From positions 3,782,001-3,846,000 of the forward strand of contig OZ024764.1 of the NCBI GenBank assembly GCA_964016885.1: 64,000 nt of DNA. Reading direction: 5' to 3'. A program made the translations under genes and the position numbers. Under the pieces are notes generated by a model. That model was not told the origin of the DNA and ran no database searches. It was given only the letters and a program-made list of their open reading frames with translations. The DNA comes from Eledone cirrhosa. Taxonomy: Eukaryota. This document shows, piece after piece, positions 29,231 to 42,848 of this stretch (positions are counted from its first letter, which is position 1; each line of letters opens with the position of its first letter).

Positions 29231-29418
29231 TTGTTTCTACCTTTGGCACAAAGCCAGCAAATACCCAGTGTATTACTGGTACTTTATTTTATCGACCCCG
29301 TAAGGATGAAAGGCAAAGTTAACCTCGGCGGGATTTGAACTCAGACCGTAAAGGGCCGCAACTCTATGCTGCAAAGCATGGTGTCCGACCCTCTACCGAT
29401 ACTGCCAATCCACCGCCT
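29230..29418 (-). mobile_element. SINE family A
   Basis: Full-length copy in an AT microsatellite. Confidence 0.85.
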
Positions 29419-30245
29419 AATATTATATATATATATAATATTATATATATATAATATATATATATATACACATGCATATCATATATATAGAGAAGAGATA
29501 GATAGATATATACACACATAGATATAATAGATACATATTCACACCAAACATTACATACACACAAACTGTCACACATATAGAAACACACACCTATATATAT
29601 ATAAATATATATACACAATAAACATACATTCCATATAAATTACATACAACTGTATATATGTATATATATATAATCATCACTGTTCTGTTTTGGACAAGAA
29701 GTAACATTTCTTCAGATATATTTTGTACCATAAAAGGCACCAATTTGTGAGAATCACTGTTTTTTTTTTAATTTTCATTTAATATCAGTAAAAATAAATA
29801 TAGATATAACATACATACACATACACACACATATATATATATATATAAAAGTATATAATTCCCCCCTTTTTCCTGCCCCCTTGAAAAAAAAAAAAACAAT
29901 GAAATTACAAAATTTTTCTTTTCCTCCCCCCTAAAAAAATATTAAAAACATGAAATATCTCCATTAAAACTCGTTCCCAAAGATTGAAATTCATTAACAA
30001 TCATTCTTTGCTCATTTTCAAACAACTTTCTTTCAATTTTTATTAATAAATCTTTCTTTGAGGCCATTTAAGATAATATCTTCATCTCCACCTTCGTCAA
30101 CTTCGCTCCTCCCAACCCAAAGTTCTTTCTTCCTTTTTCGATCTCCTCAGCTAACATTTATTCATCGGCCATTTTGAAGTTCGGAGTTTAGTTTAGTTTA
30201 ATTTAAAATTTATATTTTAAAAATCCGTTTTGGATTTTTTATGTA

Positions 30246-30278
<33 letters not shown>

Positions 30279-30657
30279 GGCTGGCCACATCACAGATGAA
30301 GACTTTAAAATAAATGAAAATGTCGGGGGTGGGTAGGGATGATGAAAAAACGAAAAGATAGAGAGAGCTGCTGGGATCTGTCGCAGCCCACATCTAGTCT
30401 TTCTTCATCCAACTTACAGCAGCTTGGCAAAGAGCAAAGGAACTTTTTAAATTGACCAAAAACTTTGGAAACGAATCAACAATCTTATTAAATATAGTTT
30501 TATCAAATATTTTCTTTTTCAAATGCCTGTTTTGGCTTCTGTATTTGTTATTGTTGCTGTTGTGGTTGTTGTGGGGTTTATATCCAAATGCCTGTATTGG
30601 CTTGTGTATTTGTTGTTAGGTTTATATTCTATGAAAAAAAATGTTTTAAAAAAAGTA

Positions 30658-31080
30658 TTTATATTTATCTAAAAACCTTCCATCATAATTTTATGTAAGA
30701 ACCTTTGTTAAGTTATGTTCCAAACACCAACATTGTCTTCCATTAGAAATATGGTAATGAAAGGGTTAAAGTGTTTATATTTATCTAAAAACCTTCCCTC
30801 ATAATTTTATGTAAGAACCTTTGTTAAGTTATGTTCCAAACACCAACAGTGTCTTCCATTAGAAATATGGTAATGAAAGGGTTTAAAGTGTTTATATTTA
30901 TCTAAAAACCTTCCCTCATAATTTTATGTAAGAACCTTTGTTAAGTTATGTTCCAAACACCAACAGTGTCTTCCATTAGAAATATGGTAATGAAAGGGTT
31001 TAAAGTGTTTATATTTATCTAAAAACCTTCCATCATAATTTTATGTAAGAACCTTTGTTAAGTTATGTTCCATACACCAA
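30658..31080. repeat. 116-117-bp tandem repeat, about 3.6 copies
   Basis: Contains ttaagttatgttccaaacaccaac, also found at 39140-39300 and 47815-47925. Confidence 0.9.
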
Positions 31081-31592
31081 CTTAATAATGAGAAAATTAG
31101 TTAAAGTTTAGAAAAATCTCTTCAAATACTTTATTTTCAAAATTATTTGAAAACCATAGGGAAGAGTGCGTGTGTATTTTGTGAGGTATATGTGTACGAG
31201 TGTGTGTGTGTGTATGTGTGTTATGTATAAACGTGTGTGTTTTCTTAAACATTATTTTAAATATTTAAATTTGATTTTAATAAATAAACTGACAGACAGA
31301 TAGATAAATATATATAAATAGACAGATAAGATGGACAGACAGACAGATAAATATATATAAATAGACAGACAGATGGATAGACAGATATATAGATAAACAG
31401 ATGGATAGACAGATATATAGATAAACAGATGGATAGATAGATAGACAAATAAATATATATAAATAGACAGATAGATGGACAGACAGATAGATACATAGAT
31501 AGAGAGGCACAGATAAATAAATATATATATAAATAGATAGATCGATAGATAGACAGATAGATAGATAGACAAATAGATAGACAGATAGACAA

Positions 31593-31627
<35 letters not shown>

Positions 31628-31748
31628 TATGGTTTATAATCATACTGTCTAATAATTTAGTCTTTCTCTCTTGCAATAATACTGGAATGTTTGCAGTTGA
31701 AACAAAAATATTAAGTTCTTTGGCTTTTTCTGGATATATAAATATGTA

Positions 31749-31811
<63 letters not shown>

Positions 31812-32213
31812 ATATATATATATATTTGTAAGTGGCTGAATATCCCACAGGCAGCTGTGCCCTTAATGTAAGGTTGAGCAGACTCAGATATGTGTATGTG
31901 TGTGATTTGTGACAAGGCTGGCCATTTGAGTTTATTTTATAAGTTTTATAAGTGCAGTCCACCGTTGCGTTGTAGATTATATCGTAAGTGGCTGAGTATT
32001 CCATTCCAGATAGTTGGGGATAGGGACTGCACTTTACATAGTCTTCAGCTAGGCTAGTAAGCTAGACAAAACATTTTGCCTGATGAAAAGCTGGACACGT
32101 CTGCAGTCTAGATTTAAAACATGTGGAGCCCAAATTTGAAAATCATTTTTCTTTGCTTTGAAAATCTTTACACAAGGTCGACTTTTCTCCACACTTTTGG
32201 TTTATTAAAGCTG

Positions 32214-32254
<41 letters not shown>

Positions 32255-32341
32255 TGTGTGTGTGTGTGAGTTTTTGATAATCCAGTTACTACATATATAT
32301 ATATATGTGTGTGTGTGTGTGGAAATTGGAATATATACATG

Positions 32342-32374
<33 letters not shown>

Positions 32375-32442
32375 GTGTATGTGTTCCTCTGTGAGAATAT
32401 ATATATATGTGTGTGTATGTGTATGTGTTCATTTATGAGAAT

Positions 32443-32492
<50 letters not shown>

Positions 32493-32534
32493 GTATATAT
32501 ATATATTCGTGTTCCTGTGTACATTCCAATCGCT

Positions 32535-32619
<85 letters not shown>

Positions 32620-32728
32620 CATCTGTGTATATTTTAACATCCACACATACCTGTACAGGTGTGTATGATTAAGAAGGTGTGTCCATTTTATAATATATAA
32701 AATAATACAATGTTTATCAGTCCATTTG

Positions 32729-33003
32729 TTATAACCAGCTGTCAATCTCCCCAAAATCTTCTCGGGATTTTTCCTGTATCCTTGGAGAGATACCGCTGTT
32801 TAGTGACTGTTCAAACTCCATCAGTTGACCCATAAAATTGAAATTTGGTGAAATAATTGCCCGTTTTTGCTTAACATATCGATAAACATCTGTCATACTC
32901 AGCGTTGAGTGCTTTAATAGGTAGGCTATAGTAACTGTCGCAGACCGAGATACTCCAGCTTGGCAATGGATTAAGATCTTGGCAGCATTCCTTTTAGCCT
33001 CAT
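32729..33003 (-). CDS. DUSP10: DUSP10-like coding exon 4 (catalytic loop and stop)
   Basis: Not in the ORF track; translated by hand. Acceptor ttttcag|AT, then [94 protein letters not shown]. The four exons sum to 1209 nt in frame. Confidence 0.95.
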
Positions 33004-33254
33004 CTGAAAAACAGAAACAAAACCAGTTACATCATCATCATTACCATCACACACAGAGCTATATATATATATAATATACAGGGTATCCCCAAAAATGTAT
33101 ACACACTTCAACAGCAAAAAAAAAAATGCATTAACCCTTTACTGTTTAAACTGGCCATATCTGGCCAGAATTTTCTCTCCTTTTTCTATTCAAACCAGCT
33201 GTAACTCGCCACTCATACTGATGTTAAGGTATTGTTCTCAAAATAAATAACACC

Positions 33255-36145
33255 AGATAGAGTAATGTAAATGTTATGTGGGGTAAAGCCTTTACTGTGA
33301 CAATACAGTAGTATATATAGAGTAATGTAAATATTATGTGAGATATTATGTGAGGTAAAGCCTTTACTGTGACAATACAATAGTATATATAGAGTAATGT
33401 AAATGTTATGTGAGATATTATGTGAGGTAAAGACTTTACTGTGAAAATACAATAGTATATATAGAGTAATGTAAATGTTATGTGAGATATTATGTGAGGT
33501 AAAGCCTTTACTGTGAAAATACAATAGTATATATAGAGTAAAGTAAATGTTATGTGAGATATTATGTGAGGTAAAGACTTTACTGTGAAAATACAATAGT
33601 ATATATAGAGTAATGTAAATGTTATGTGAGATATTATGTGAGGTAAAGCCTTTACTGTGAAAATACAATAGTATATATAGAGTAATGTAAATGTTATGTG
33701 AGATATTATGTGAGGTAAAGCCTTTACTGTGAAAATACAATAGTATATATAGAGTAAAGTAAATGTTATGTGAGATATTATGTGAGGTAAAGACTTTACT
33801 GTGAAAATACAATAGTATATATAGAGTAATGTAAATGTTATGTGAGATATTATGTGAGGTAAAGCCTTTACTGTGAAAATACAATAGTATATATAGAGTA
33901 ATGTAAATGTTATGTGAGGTAAAGCCTTTACTGTGAAAATACAATAGTATATATAGAGTAATGTAAATGTTATGTGAGATATTATGTGAGGTAAAGCCTT
34001 TACTGTGAAAATACAATAGTATATATAGAGTAATGTAAATGTTATGTGAGATATTATGTGAGGTAAAGACTTTACTGTGACAATACAATAGTATATATAG
34101 AGTAATGTAAATGTTATGTGAGGTATTATGTGAGGTAAAGCCTTTACTGTGACAATACAATAGTATATATAGAGTAATGTAAATGTTATGTGAGATATTA
34201 TGTGAGGTAAAGCCTTTACTGTGAAAATACAATAGTATATATAGAGTAATGTAAATGTTATGTGAGATATTATGTGAGGTAAAGCCTTTACTGTGAAAAT
34301 ACAATAGTATATATAGAGTAATGTAAATGTTATGTGAGATATTATGCGAGGTAAAGACTTTACTGTGAAAATACAATAGTATATATAGAGTAATGTAAAT
34401 GTTATGTGAGGTAAAGCCTTTACTGTGAAAATACAATAGTATATATAGAGTAATGTAAATGTTATGTGAGATATTATGTGAGGTAAAGCCTTTACTGTGA
34501 AAATACAATAGTATATATAATGTAAATGTTATGTGAGATATTATGTGAGGTAAAGACTTTACTGTGACAATACAATAGTATATATAGAGTAATGTAAATG
34601 TTATGTGAGATATTATGTGAGGTAAAGCCTTTACTGTGAAAATACAATAGTATATATAGAGTAATGTAAATGTTATGTGAGATATTATGTGAGGTAAAGC
34701 CTTTACTGTGAAAATACAATAGTATATATAGAGTAATGTAAATGTTATGTGAGATATTATGTGAGGTAAAGCCTTTACTGTGAAAATACAATAGTATATA
34801 TAGAGTAATGTAAATGTTATGTGAGATATTATGCGAGGTAAAGACTTTACTGTGAAAATACAATAGTATATATAGAGTAATGTAAATGTTATGTGAGGTA
34901 AAGCCTTTACTGTGAAAATACAATAGTATATATAGAGTAATGTAAATGTTATGTGAGATATTATGTGAGGTAAAGCCTTTACTGTGAAAATACAATAGTA
35001 TATATAATGTAAATGTTATGTGAGATATTATGTGAGGTAAAGACTTTACTGTGACAATACAATAGTATATATAGAGTAATGTAAATGTTATGTGAGATAT
35101 TATGTGAGGTAAAGCCTTTACTGTGAAAATACAATAGTATATATAGAGTAATGTAAATGTTATGTGAGATATTATGTGAGGTAAAGCCTTTACTGTGAAA
35201 ATACAATAGTATATATAGAGTAATGTAAATGTTATGTGAGATATTATGTGAGGTAAAGCCTTTACTGTGAAAATACAATAGTATATATAGAGTAATGTAA
35301 ATGTTATGTGAGATATTATGCGAGGTAAAGACTTTACTGTGAAAATACAATAGTATATATAGAGTAATGTAAATGTTATGTGAGGTAAAGCCTTTACTGT
35401 GAAAATACAATAGTATATATAGAGTAATGTAAATGTTATGTGAGATATTATGTGAGGTAAAGCCTTTACTGTGAAAATACAATAGTATATATAGAGTAAT
35501 GTAAATGTTATGTGAGATATTATGTGAGGTAAAGACTTTACTGTGACAATACAATAGTATATATAGAGTAATGTAAATGTTATGTGAGATATTATGTGAG
35601 GTAAAGCCTTTACTGTGAAAATACAATAGTATATGTAGAGTAATGTAAATGTTATGTGAGATATTATGTGAGGTAAAGTCTTTACTGTGAAAATACAATA
35701 GTATATATAGAGTAATGTAAATGTTATGTGAGATATTATGTGAGGTAAAGCCTTTACTGTGAAAATACAATAGTATATATAGAGTAATGTAAATGTTATG
35801 TGAGGTATTATGTGAGGTAAAGCCTTTACTGTGAAAATACAATAGTATATATAGAGTAATGTATATGTTATGTGAGGTATTATGTGAGGTAAAGCCTTTA
35901 CTGTGAAAATACAATAGTATATATAGAGTAATGTATATGTTATGTGAGATATTATGTGAGGTAAAGCCTTTACTGTGACAATACAATAGTATATATAGAG
36001 TAATGTAAATGTTATGTGAGATATTATGTGAGGTAAAGCCTTTACTGTGACAATACAATAGTATATATAGAGTAATGTAAATGTTATGTGAGATATTATG
36101 TGAGGTAAAGCCTTTACTGTGAAAATACAATAGTATATATAGAGT
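33255..36145. repeat. 72-bp minisatellite (about 40 copies) in DUSP10 intron 3
   Basis: tagagtaatgtaaatgttatgtgagatattatgtgaggtaaagcctttactgtgaaaatacaatagtatata, with 60-bp deletion variants. Confidence 0.97.
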
Positions 36146-37830
36146 ATGTATATATGTATTATTTAAATTATGTAAACATTTTGGGGTGTTTTCATACAAC
36201 TGAATTATGTCTGTAGATCATTTTATTTTTGGGTAAGGCTGTACATTCTAATAAATATTACCTGTACAGGTAATCAGTTTGTATTCATATATACATATAT
36301 ATCTTTTCTTTTCTTTTCAGGGCCTCTCAAATAAGGTAATTACTTAACCCATAAATGGAGCCCTAACAGGTACAACTCCGGCTAGAGCAGACCTACGAGT
36401 GATAACAACTAAGGGGTAACCCCACATTCCCCACAGCCCCTGAACTCCCCAACTGGAGCCTTGTCACTGGATGTAGTTTAATGTTGTGTGTGTCTGTGTG
36501 TGTGTGACAGAGTGTATGTATATGTGTGTGTGAGAGTGAGTATGTGTGACAGAGTGTATGTAAATGTGTGTGTGTGAGAGTGTGTATGTGTGTGACAGAG
36601 AGTATGTATATGTGTGTGTGTGTGACAGAGTGTATGTAAATGTGTGTGAGAGTGTGTATGTGTGTGACAGAGAGTATGTATATGTGTGTGTGTGTGTGAC
36701 AGAGTGTATGTAAATGTGTGTGAGAGTGTATGTGTGTGACAGAGAGTATGTATATGTGTGTGTGACAGCGTGTATGTATATGTGTGTGTGAGTGTGTATG
36801 TGTGTGACAGAGTGTATGTATATGTGTGTGTGTGTGTGACTATGTGTGTGTGTATGTGTGACAGTGTATGTATATGTGTGTGTGTGTGAGAGTGTGTATG
36901 TATATGTGTGTGTATGAGAGTGTGTATGTGTGTGACAGAGTATATGTGTGTATGTTAGAGTGTGTATGTGTGTGAGAGAGAGTGTATATGTGTGTGTGTG
37001 TGTGTATGTATATGTGTGTGTGAGAGTATGTATGTATGTGAGAGAGTGTATGTATGTATGTGTGTGACAGTGTATGTATGTGTGTGACAGAGTGTATGTA
37101 TATGTGTGTGTGAGAGTGTGTATGTGTGTGACAGAGTATATGTGTGTATGTTAGAGTGTGTATGTGTGTGAGAGAGAGTGTATATGTGTGTGTGTGTATG
37201 TATATGTGTGTGTGAGAGTATGTATGTATGTGAGAGAGTGTATGTATGTATGTATGTGTGTGACAGTATGTATGTGTGTGACAGAGTGTATGTATATGTG
37301 TGTGTGAGAGTGTGTATGTGTGTGACAGAGTATATGTGTGTATGTTAGAGTGTGTATGTGTGTGAGAGAGAGTGTATATGTGTGTGTGTGTGTATGTATA
37401 TGTGTGTGTGAGAGTATGTATGTATGTGAGAGAGTGTATGTATGTATGTATGTGTGTGACAGTATGTATGTGTGTGACAGAGTGTATGTATATGTGTGTG
37501 TGAGAGTGTGTATGTGTGTGACAGAGTGTATGTATATGTGTGTGTGAGTGTGTATGTGTGTGAGAGAGAGAGTGTATGTATATGTGTGAGTGTGTATGTG
37601 TGTGGCAGAGTGTATGTATATGTGTGTGTGTGAGAGAGAGTATGTATGTGTGTGTGACTGTATGTATATGTGTGTGTGTGTGACTATGTATATATGTGTG
37701 TGAGAGTGTGTATGTGTGTGAGAGAGTGTATGTGTGTATGTATGTGAGAGAGAGTGTATGTATGTATGTATGTATGTGAGAGAGTATATATGTGTATGTA
37801 TGTGAGAGAGTGTATGTATGTATGTGAGAG

Positions 37831-39030
37831 GCTAGGACCGTTCAGCGCGATCGCGAGGGGACTCAGTCCGCTGCTGTGTGAAGGTGCCATCGTCGACGGC
37901 TCCACCGCCTCGCTGCCATTACGATTCGCGGGGTGGCGACATCGGACACACTTCCCCTTCGATCCGTCGTCGCGACCCGTTCCCGTCAGGCTGGATGGCG
38001 CGCGGTGTCCGCAGGTCGCAGAGCGGCGTCCCGCCGAGGAAACGAACCTTCGCTTGTGTCAGGTCACCAGTTGGTGCTACTGGTAACATGTATTCCAGTT
38101 CAACCTGTCCCATGGTCGGGTCACGTTGGTGACTAAACAGGCAACCCCGCCAAGGTTTCCTGGTGAGGAGGGTGACTTTGGACATCCTGCAGGACTAAAA
38201 ACAAAACCTGTCAAAGGGCAAAGGAGCTCTTAAGAGTCAATGGCCATCCAAAATCACTGGGAGAGATGACCCCTTAGTCTTTGTCAAGGCAGAATTCTAG
38301 GAGAAGGAAAACTCTGATATAACACCTGCAACCCTGATGGTATCCACCGGGGTCAATAAAATAAAGTACCAGTAATGTACTGGGATAATTGCTGGCCTTG
38401 TGCCAAACGTAGAAACAATTAAGTAATAATTATTAATAATTGTTTCTACTATTGGCACAAGGCCAGCAAATACCTCAGTACATTACTGGTACTATATTTT
38501 ATCGACCCTGTAAAGATGAAAGGCAAAGTTAATAATAATGGTATATCATGCAATGACCATACTCGATATCGAGTGGGCAGCCATCATATGTGTATGTATG
38601 TATGTATATATATATATATCCGGGAGAGATGACCCCTTAGCCTTTGTCAAGGCAGAATTCTAGGAGAAGGAAAACTCTGATATAACACCTGCAACCCTGA
38701 TGGTATCCAATGATGTTGACTTGTTCTTCTTTTTGCTAAATATCATCTTGGTTAAGAGAGTGGGACTGGCTTTGTGCAGTGCCTTTGCTCACTATAAAAG
38801 CTTCACGGCACAGGCATTGCTTTATATCTGGAGATCTCTCTGCACTTGTCGTCACATGGTTCCATGGGCCCAGCACTATGTGTCAATAATTGTCACAAGT
38901 GTAGTGTTTGTACCAGAGTTTTCAAGTCGCTGGCTGGACTAAAAAGTCACACTCGTTCAGCGCATCGGTAGGGGGTTCTCCTACATGGATATAAAGTAGT
39001 GGCCGTACTCGAAAACGAGTTGGCAGCCAC
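37831..39030 (+). mobile_element. GC/CpG-rich 5' UTR of an RTE-like LINE, interrupted by SINE tails and a partial duplication
   Basis: Contains ggagaaggaaaactctga, a motif recalled from RTE 5' UTRs. 38260-38346 is duplicated at 38622-38708. Candidate HDV-like fold at the 5' end. Confidence 0.5.
37840..38019 (+). ncRNA. Candidate HDV-like ribozyme at 5' end of RTE-like UTR
   Basis: P1 GTTCAGC/GCTGGAT (G1-U wobble); P2 GCGAC/GTCGC; P3 CCG/CAG (one mismatch); L3 TTCCCGT; P1.1 GG (37997-98); long structured J1/2. Confidence 0.5.
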
Positions 39031-41039
39031 CATGTGAGAGTGTATCTATGTATGTATGTATGTATGTGTGTGTGTGTGATTTTCTAAATAGTTAAGAATT
39101 TCAGTAATTTAGTAGTAAGATGACAAACTTTCTCAGTGAGTTGGTGTTTGGAACATAACTTAACCAAGGTTTATATATATAATAGATATTTTATGTTTAT
39201 ATATATATATATATGTATGTATGTATGTATGTACATATAAACATAAAATATCTATTATATATATAAACCTTGGTTAAGTTATGTTCCAAACACCAACTCA
39301 CTGAGAAAGTTTGTCATATTACTACTAAATTACTAAAATTCTTAACTATTTAGAAAATCACACACACACACATACATACATACACTCTCACACATACATA
39401 CATACACTCTCTCTCTCTCTCTCACATACATAGATACACTCTCTCTCTCTCTCACATACATACATTCTCTCTCTCTCACACATACATAGATACACTCTCT
39501 CTCTCTCTCACATATATAGATACACTCTCTCTTTCTCACACATACATAGATACACTCTCTCTCTCTCTCACATATATAGATACACTCTCTCTTTCTCACA
39601 CATACATAGATACTCTCTCTCTCTCACATACATACATTCTCTCTCTCTCTCTCACACATACATAGATACACTCTCTCTCTCTCTCTCACATATATATATA
39701 CACTCTCTCTCTCATATATATAGATACACTCTCTCTCACATACATATATACACTCTCTCTCTCACATACATAGATACACTCTCTCTCACATATACACACT
39801 CTCTCTCTCTCTCTCACATATACACACTCTCTCTCTCTCTCTCACATACACATCTCCACCATTATTCATCCATCCTCCACCCCGTCACCCAGTCAAGTTC
39901 AAACAGATTTGGGCAAGATCGCCTTTCCCACTGCCCCCCACACTAACACTGCATCACACAACCACCACTACTGCTCCACCACCACCACCGACACCAACAC
40001 TACACCACCACCACCACACCACCACTACACCACCACCACATCACCAACACCACTACACCACCACCACACCACCAACACCACTACACCACCACCAAAACCA
40101 CCAACACTACACCACCACCAACACCACTTCACCACTACACCACCACCACCATCACTACACCATCAACACCACTACCACCACTACACCACCACCACACCAT
40201 TACCACCACCAACGCCACCACACCACCACCACCACTACTGCTCCACCACCACCAACAACACCAACACTACCACTACACCACCACACCACTACCACCACCA
40301 CTGCTCCACCACCACCAACACCAACACTACCACTACACCACACCACCACTACTCCACCACCACCACTGCTCCACCACCACCACCACCACCACCACCACCA
40401 CAACAATGGGGTGAATGAACGGATTTCCTCAACATCCCCCGCCCCTCTGTCTACTGGCTAAAGAAAGACATGAGTCATATCTGATGGTGGTGGGGGTGGT
40501 GTAGTGTTGATGCTGGTGGTAGTATTGGCAGTAGTAGTATAGGTTGTGGTAGTGGTATAGGTAGTTGTGGTAGTGGTATAGGTAGTAGTGGTAGTAGTGG
40601 TATAGGTAGTAGTAGTGGTAGTGGTATAGGTAGTAGTGGTGGTAGTGGTATAGGTAGTAGTGGTGGTAGTGGTATAGGTAGTATAGGTGGTAGTGGTACA
40701 GGTAGTAGTAGTGGTAGTGGTACAGGTAGTAGTAGTGGTAGTGGTACAGGTAGTAGTAGTGGTAGTGGTATAGGTAGTAGTGGTGGTAGTGGTATAGGTA
40801 GTAGTGGTGGTAGTGGTAGTGGTATAGGTATAGTGGTAGTGGTAGTGGTACAGGTAGTGGTGGTAGTGGTATAGGTAGTAGTGGTAGTGGTATAGGTAGT
40901 AGTGGTGGTAGTGGTATAGGTAGTAGTGGTGGTATTTTCTATAACAATGACATTACATCTGCCATTTTTAAGTTTAATGACTCATAAATCTCTCCCTAGA
41001 CAGACAGACAGACAGACAGGCTGATAGACAGATAGATAT

Positions 41040-42450
41040 GTTTCTTTATTAGCCACAGGGGCACAAAAGAAGGGGACAAATACAAAGGGGGAAGTTTACA
41101 TACAATAGAAACGTGTAAAATACTATCACAAATGCAATTTAAAAATTAATCGATTTTCCCCAAAAGGGGGAGACATTTCATATAGGTAACACATACCCCC
41201 CGAAAAAATGTGCAACCCTCATCTCCAGGAGTATGAAGAGTTTGTACCCCTTTCCTCTCTTCCTCAATCTACAAGCTGATATAGAGAGAAGGCCCATTCA
41301 CTTGGGACATTCTCGCCACTTTCACCCACCTTTCATAAAACTTGCTGGGGTACAGCACCTCTCTCTCCATCCTGATTCTTCTTCCAAAGTGGTATTTGAA
41401 AAAAAGAATCAGTTGTTGACCGGAGAGAAAAGTGTTTGACCTCAGCCCTTTTAACCTCGTCCTCCATACAACCTCTTTCGCCATAGCTGTCACACAAAGG
41501 AAAAGCGCCTCTCCTTCGTTTTTGAAGGAGGGTGGCGGTTTGATCATGACAATGGACTCGGTGGTCAACTGGATTGGTCCCACCTGCGACAATAGTCGTA
41601 CTACATAGCCCCACAGGTCAGTGACGCCCGGGCAGTGTATGAATGCGTGCGCAACGGTTTCTTCGTCTTGTACGCATCTCGGACAGATCTTTTTCGAAGG
41701 GTCCCTGCCTGGGCGCCCATGTCTGTAGAGCATGTCTCGAACTGGTAGAGCTCCTCGGTAGCACTGCCTGGCCAGGGACTTTTGGAAGTTGTCCATCGGT
41801 CCCGGGCGGAAGACTGGCCAGTTTGTCCTCCTCGCGCGTCGTCGCACTTGCTGCGGACCAACCCTCTATAGAATGACGAAGTGGAGTCTCCACTGATCGC
41901 TGGGTCCGCCTGCCAGAGGGCTGTGAGCGCCTGAGCACATTCGATGTGCCAGTCGCCCATTTTTCTCGGTCTTTGCTTGACCCAGGACTGCAGCTCGGTC
42001 AGCGAAACGAGTCGTGGGAAGGCTCGCCTCACGAACGGGGCCCACACCGGTTGTCCGGTGAGGAATACGTAGAGATGCCGCAGCCTGAGCGCGTGTTTGC
42101 GCATTGTCAACCACGGCATCCCCAGCCCTCCGTTAGAAGGGTGTTGGCAGCAGATGGATCTTCTCACCAAAGGAGCCCGCCTCTTCCAAAGGAATTGGAA
42201 GAGCGCACGCTCCATTTTGGCGAGTGCTTTGGCTGGACAAGGCACGACGGTCAAGCGGTAGTAGATGGCGGACGCTATAAAAGTGTTCGCCACCTCCGCT
42301 CGACTTTTCAAGGATAGTTTGCACTCGGCCCATTTCTGGGTGAGTGCAAACTTCGTTCCAGTTCTTCTCCACCTGGAGGTCCGGACCAAACCAGACCCCG
42401 AGCAGCTTTACCGGTTCTTCCGTCCAGCGTCCGACAACGCCATCGGAAGG
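41040..42450 (-). mobile_element. 5'-truncated L1/Tx1-clade LINE (ORF2 C-terminus and 3' UTR), frameshifted
   Basis: Post-RT motifs LSLKSRAEVANTFIASAIYY..LFQFLWK..GGLGMP and zf-RVT-type CPRC..ETVAHAFIHCP lie in two frames. Ends GCTAATAAAGAAAC into a (TATC/TGTC)n tract. Confidence 0.85.
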
Positions 42451-42459
42451 AGAGATAGA

Positions 42460-42795
42460 TAGATTTCTTTATTAGCCACAAGGGCGCAACAAGAAAAGGG
42501 GACAATACAAAGACATGCCGGGGATTTTACATACAGTCGTGTAAAAAATATAAAAACAAACAATTAGAGGCACTGCACCCTAGTAAAGTTACTGAAAGGT
42601 GGGTGAATGAAGCGAAAATTGCCCGAGTGATTGGGCCTTCTCTGTTTATAAGCCTGTAGGTTGAGGAAGAGAGCAAAAGGAAGAAAGGAGCACTTGCACA
42701 ACATGCTCCTGGAGTTGAGGGTTGTTCTATCGACGGGGTATTAAACATCCCATTTGTGGCGCCTCCCTCCTATTGGGGATTTCGATTGTTGGAAG
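42460..42795 (-). mobile_element. Second L1/Tx1-like 3' end fragment
   Basis: Same terminus (CCTTGTGGCTAATAAAGAAATCTATC) as the 41040 element; flanked by (GATA)n. Confidence 0.65.
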
Positions 42796-42798
42796 GAG

Positions 42799-42829
<31 letters not shown>

Positions 42830-42848
42830 GAGACAAATAGATATTTAC

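Noticed and set aside
30245-30272. Poly(A) tract as a retrocopy tail
   Set aside because: No recognisable retroelement or CDS upstream and no TSD seen. More likely a U-rich stretch 3' of DUSP10.
33213-36199. 431/406-aa repetitive ORFs
   Set aside because: 72-bp minisatellite translation with no supporting features.
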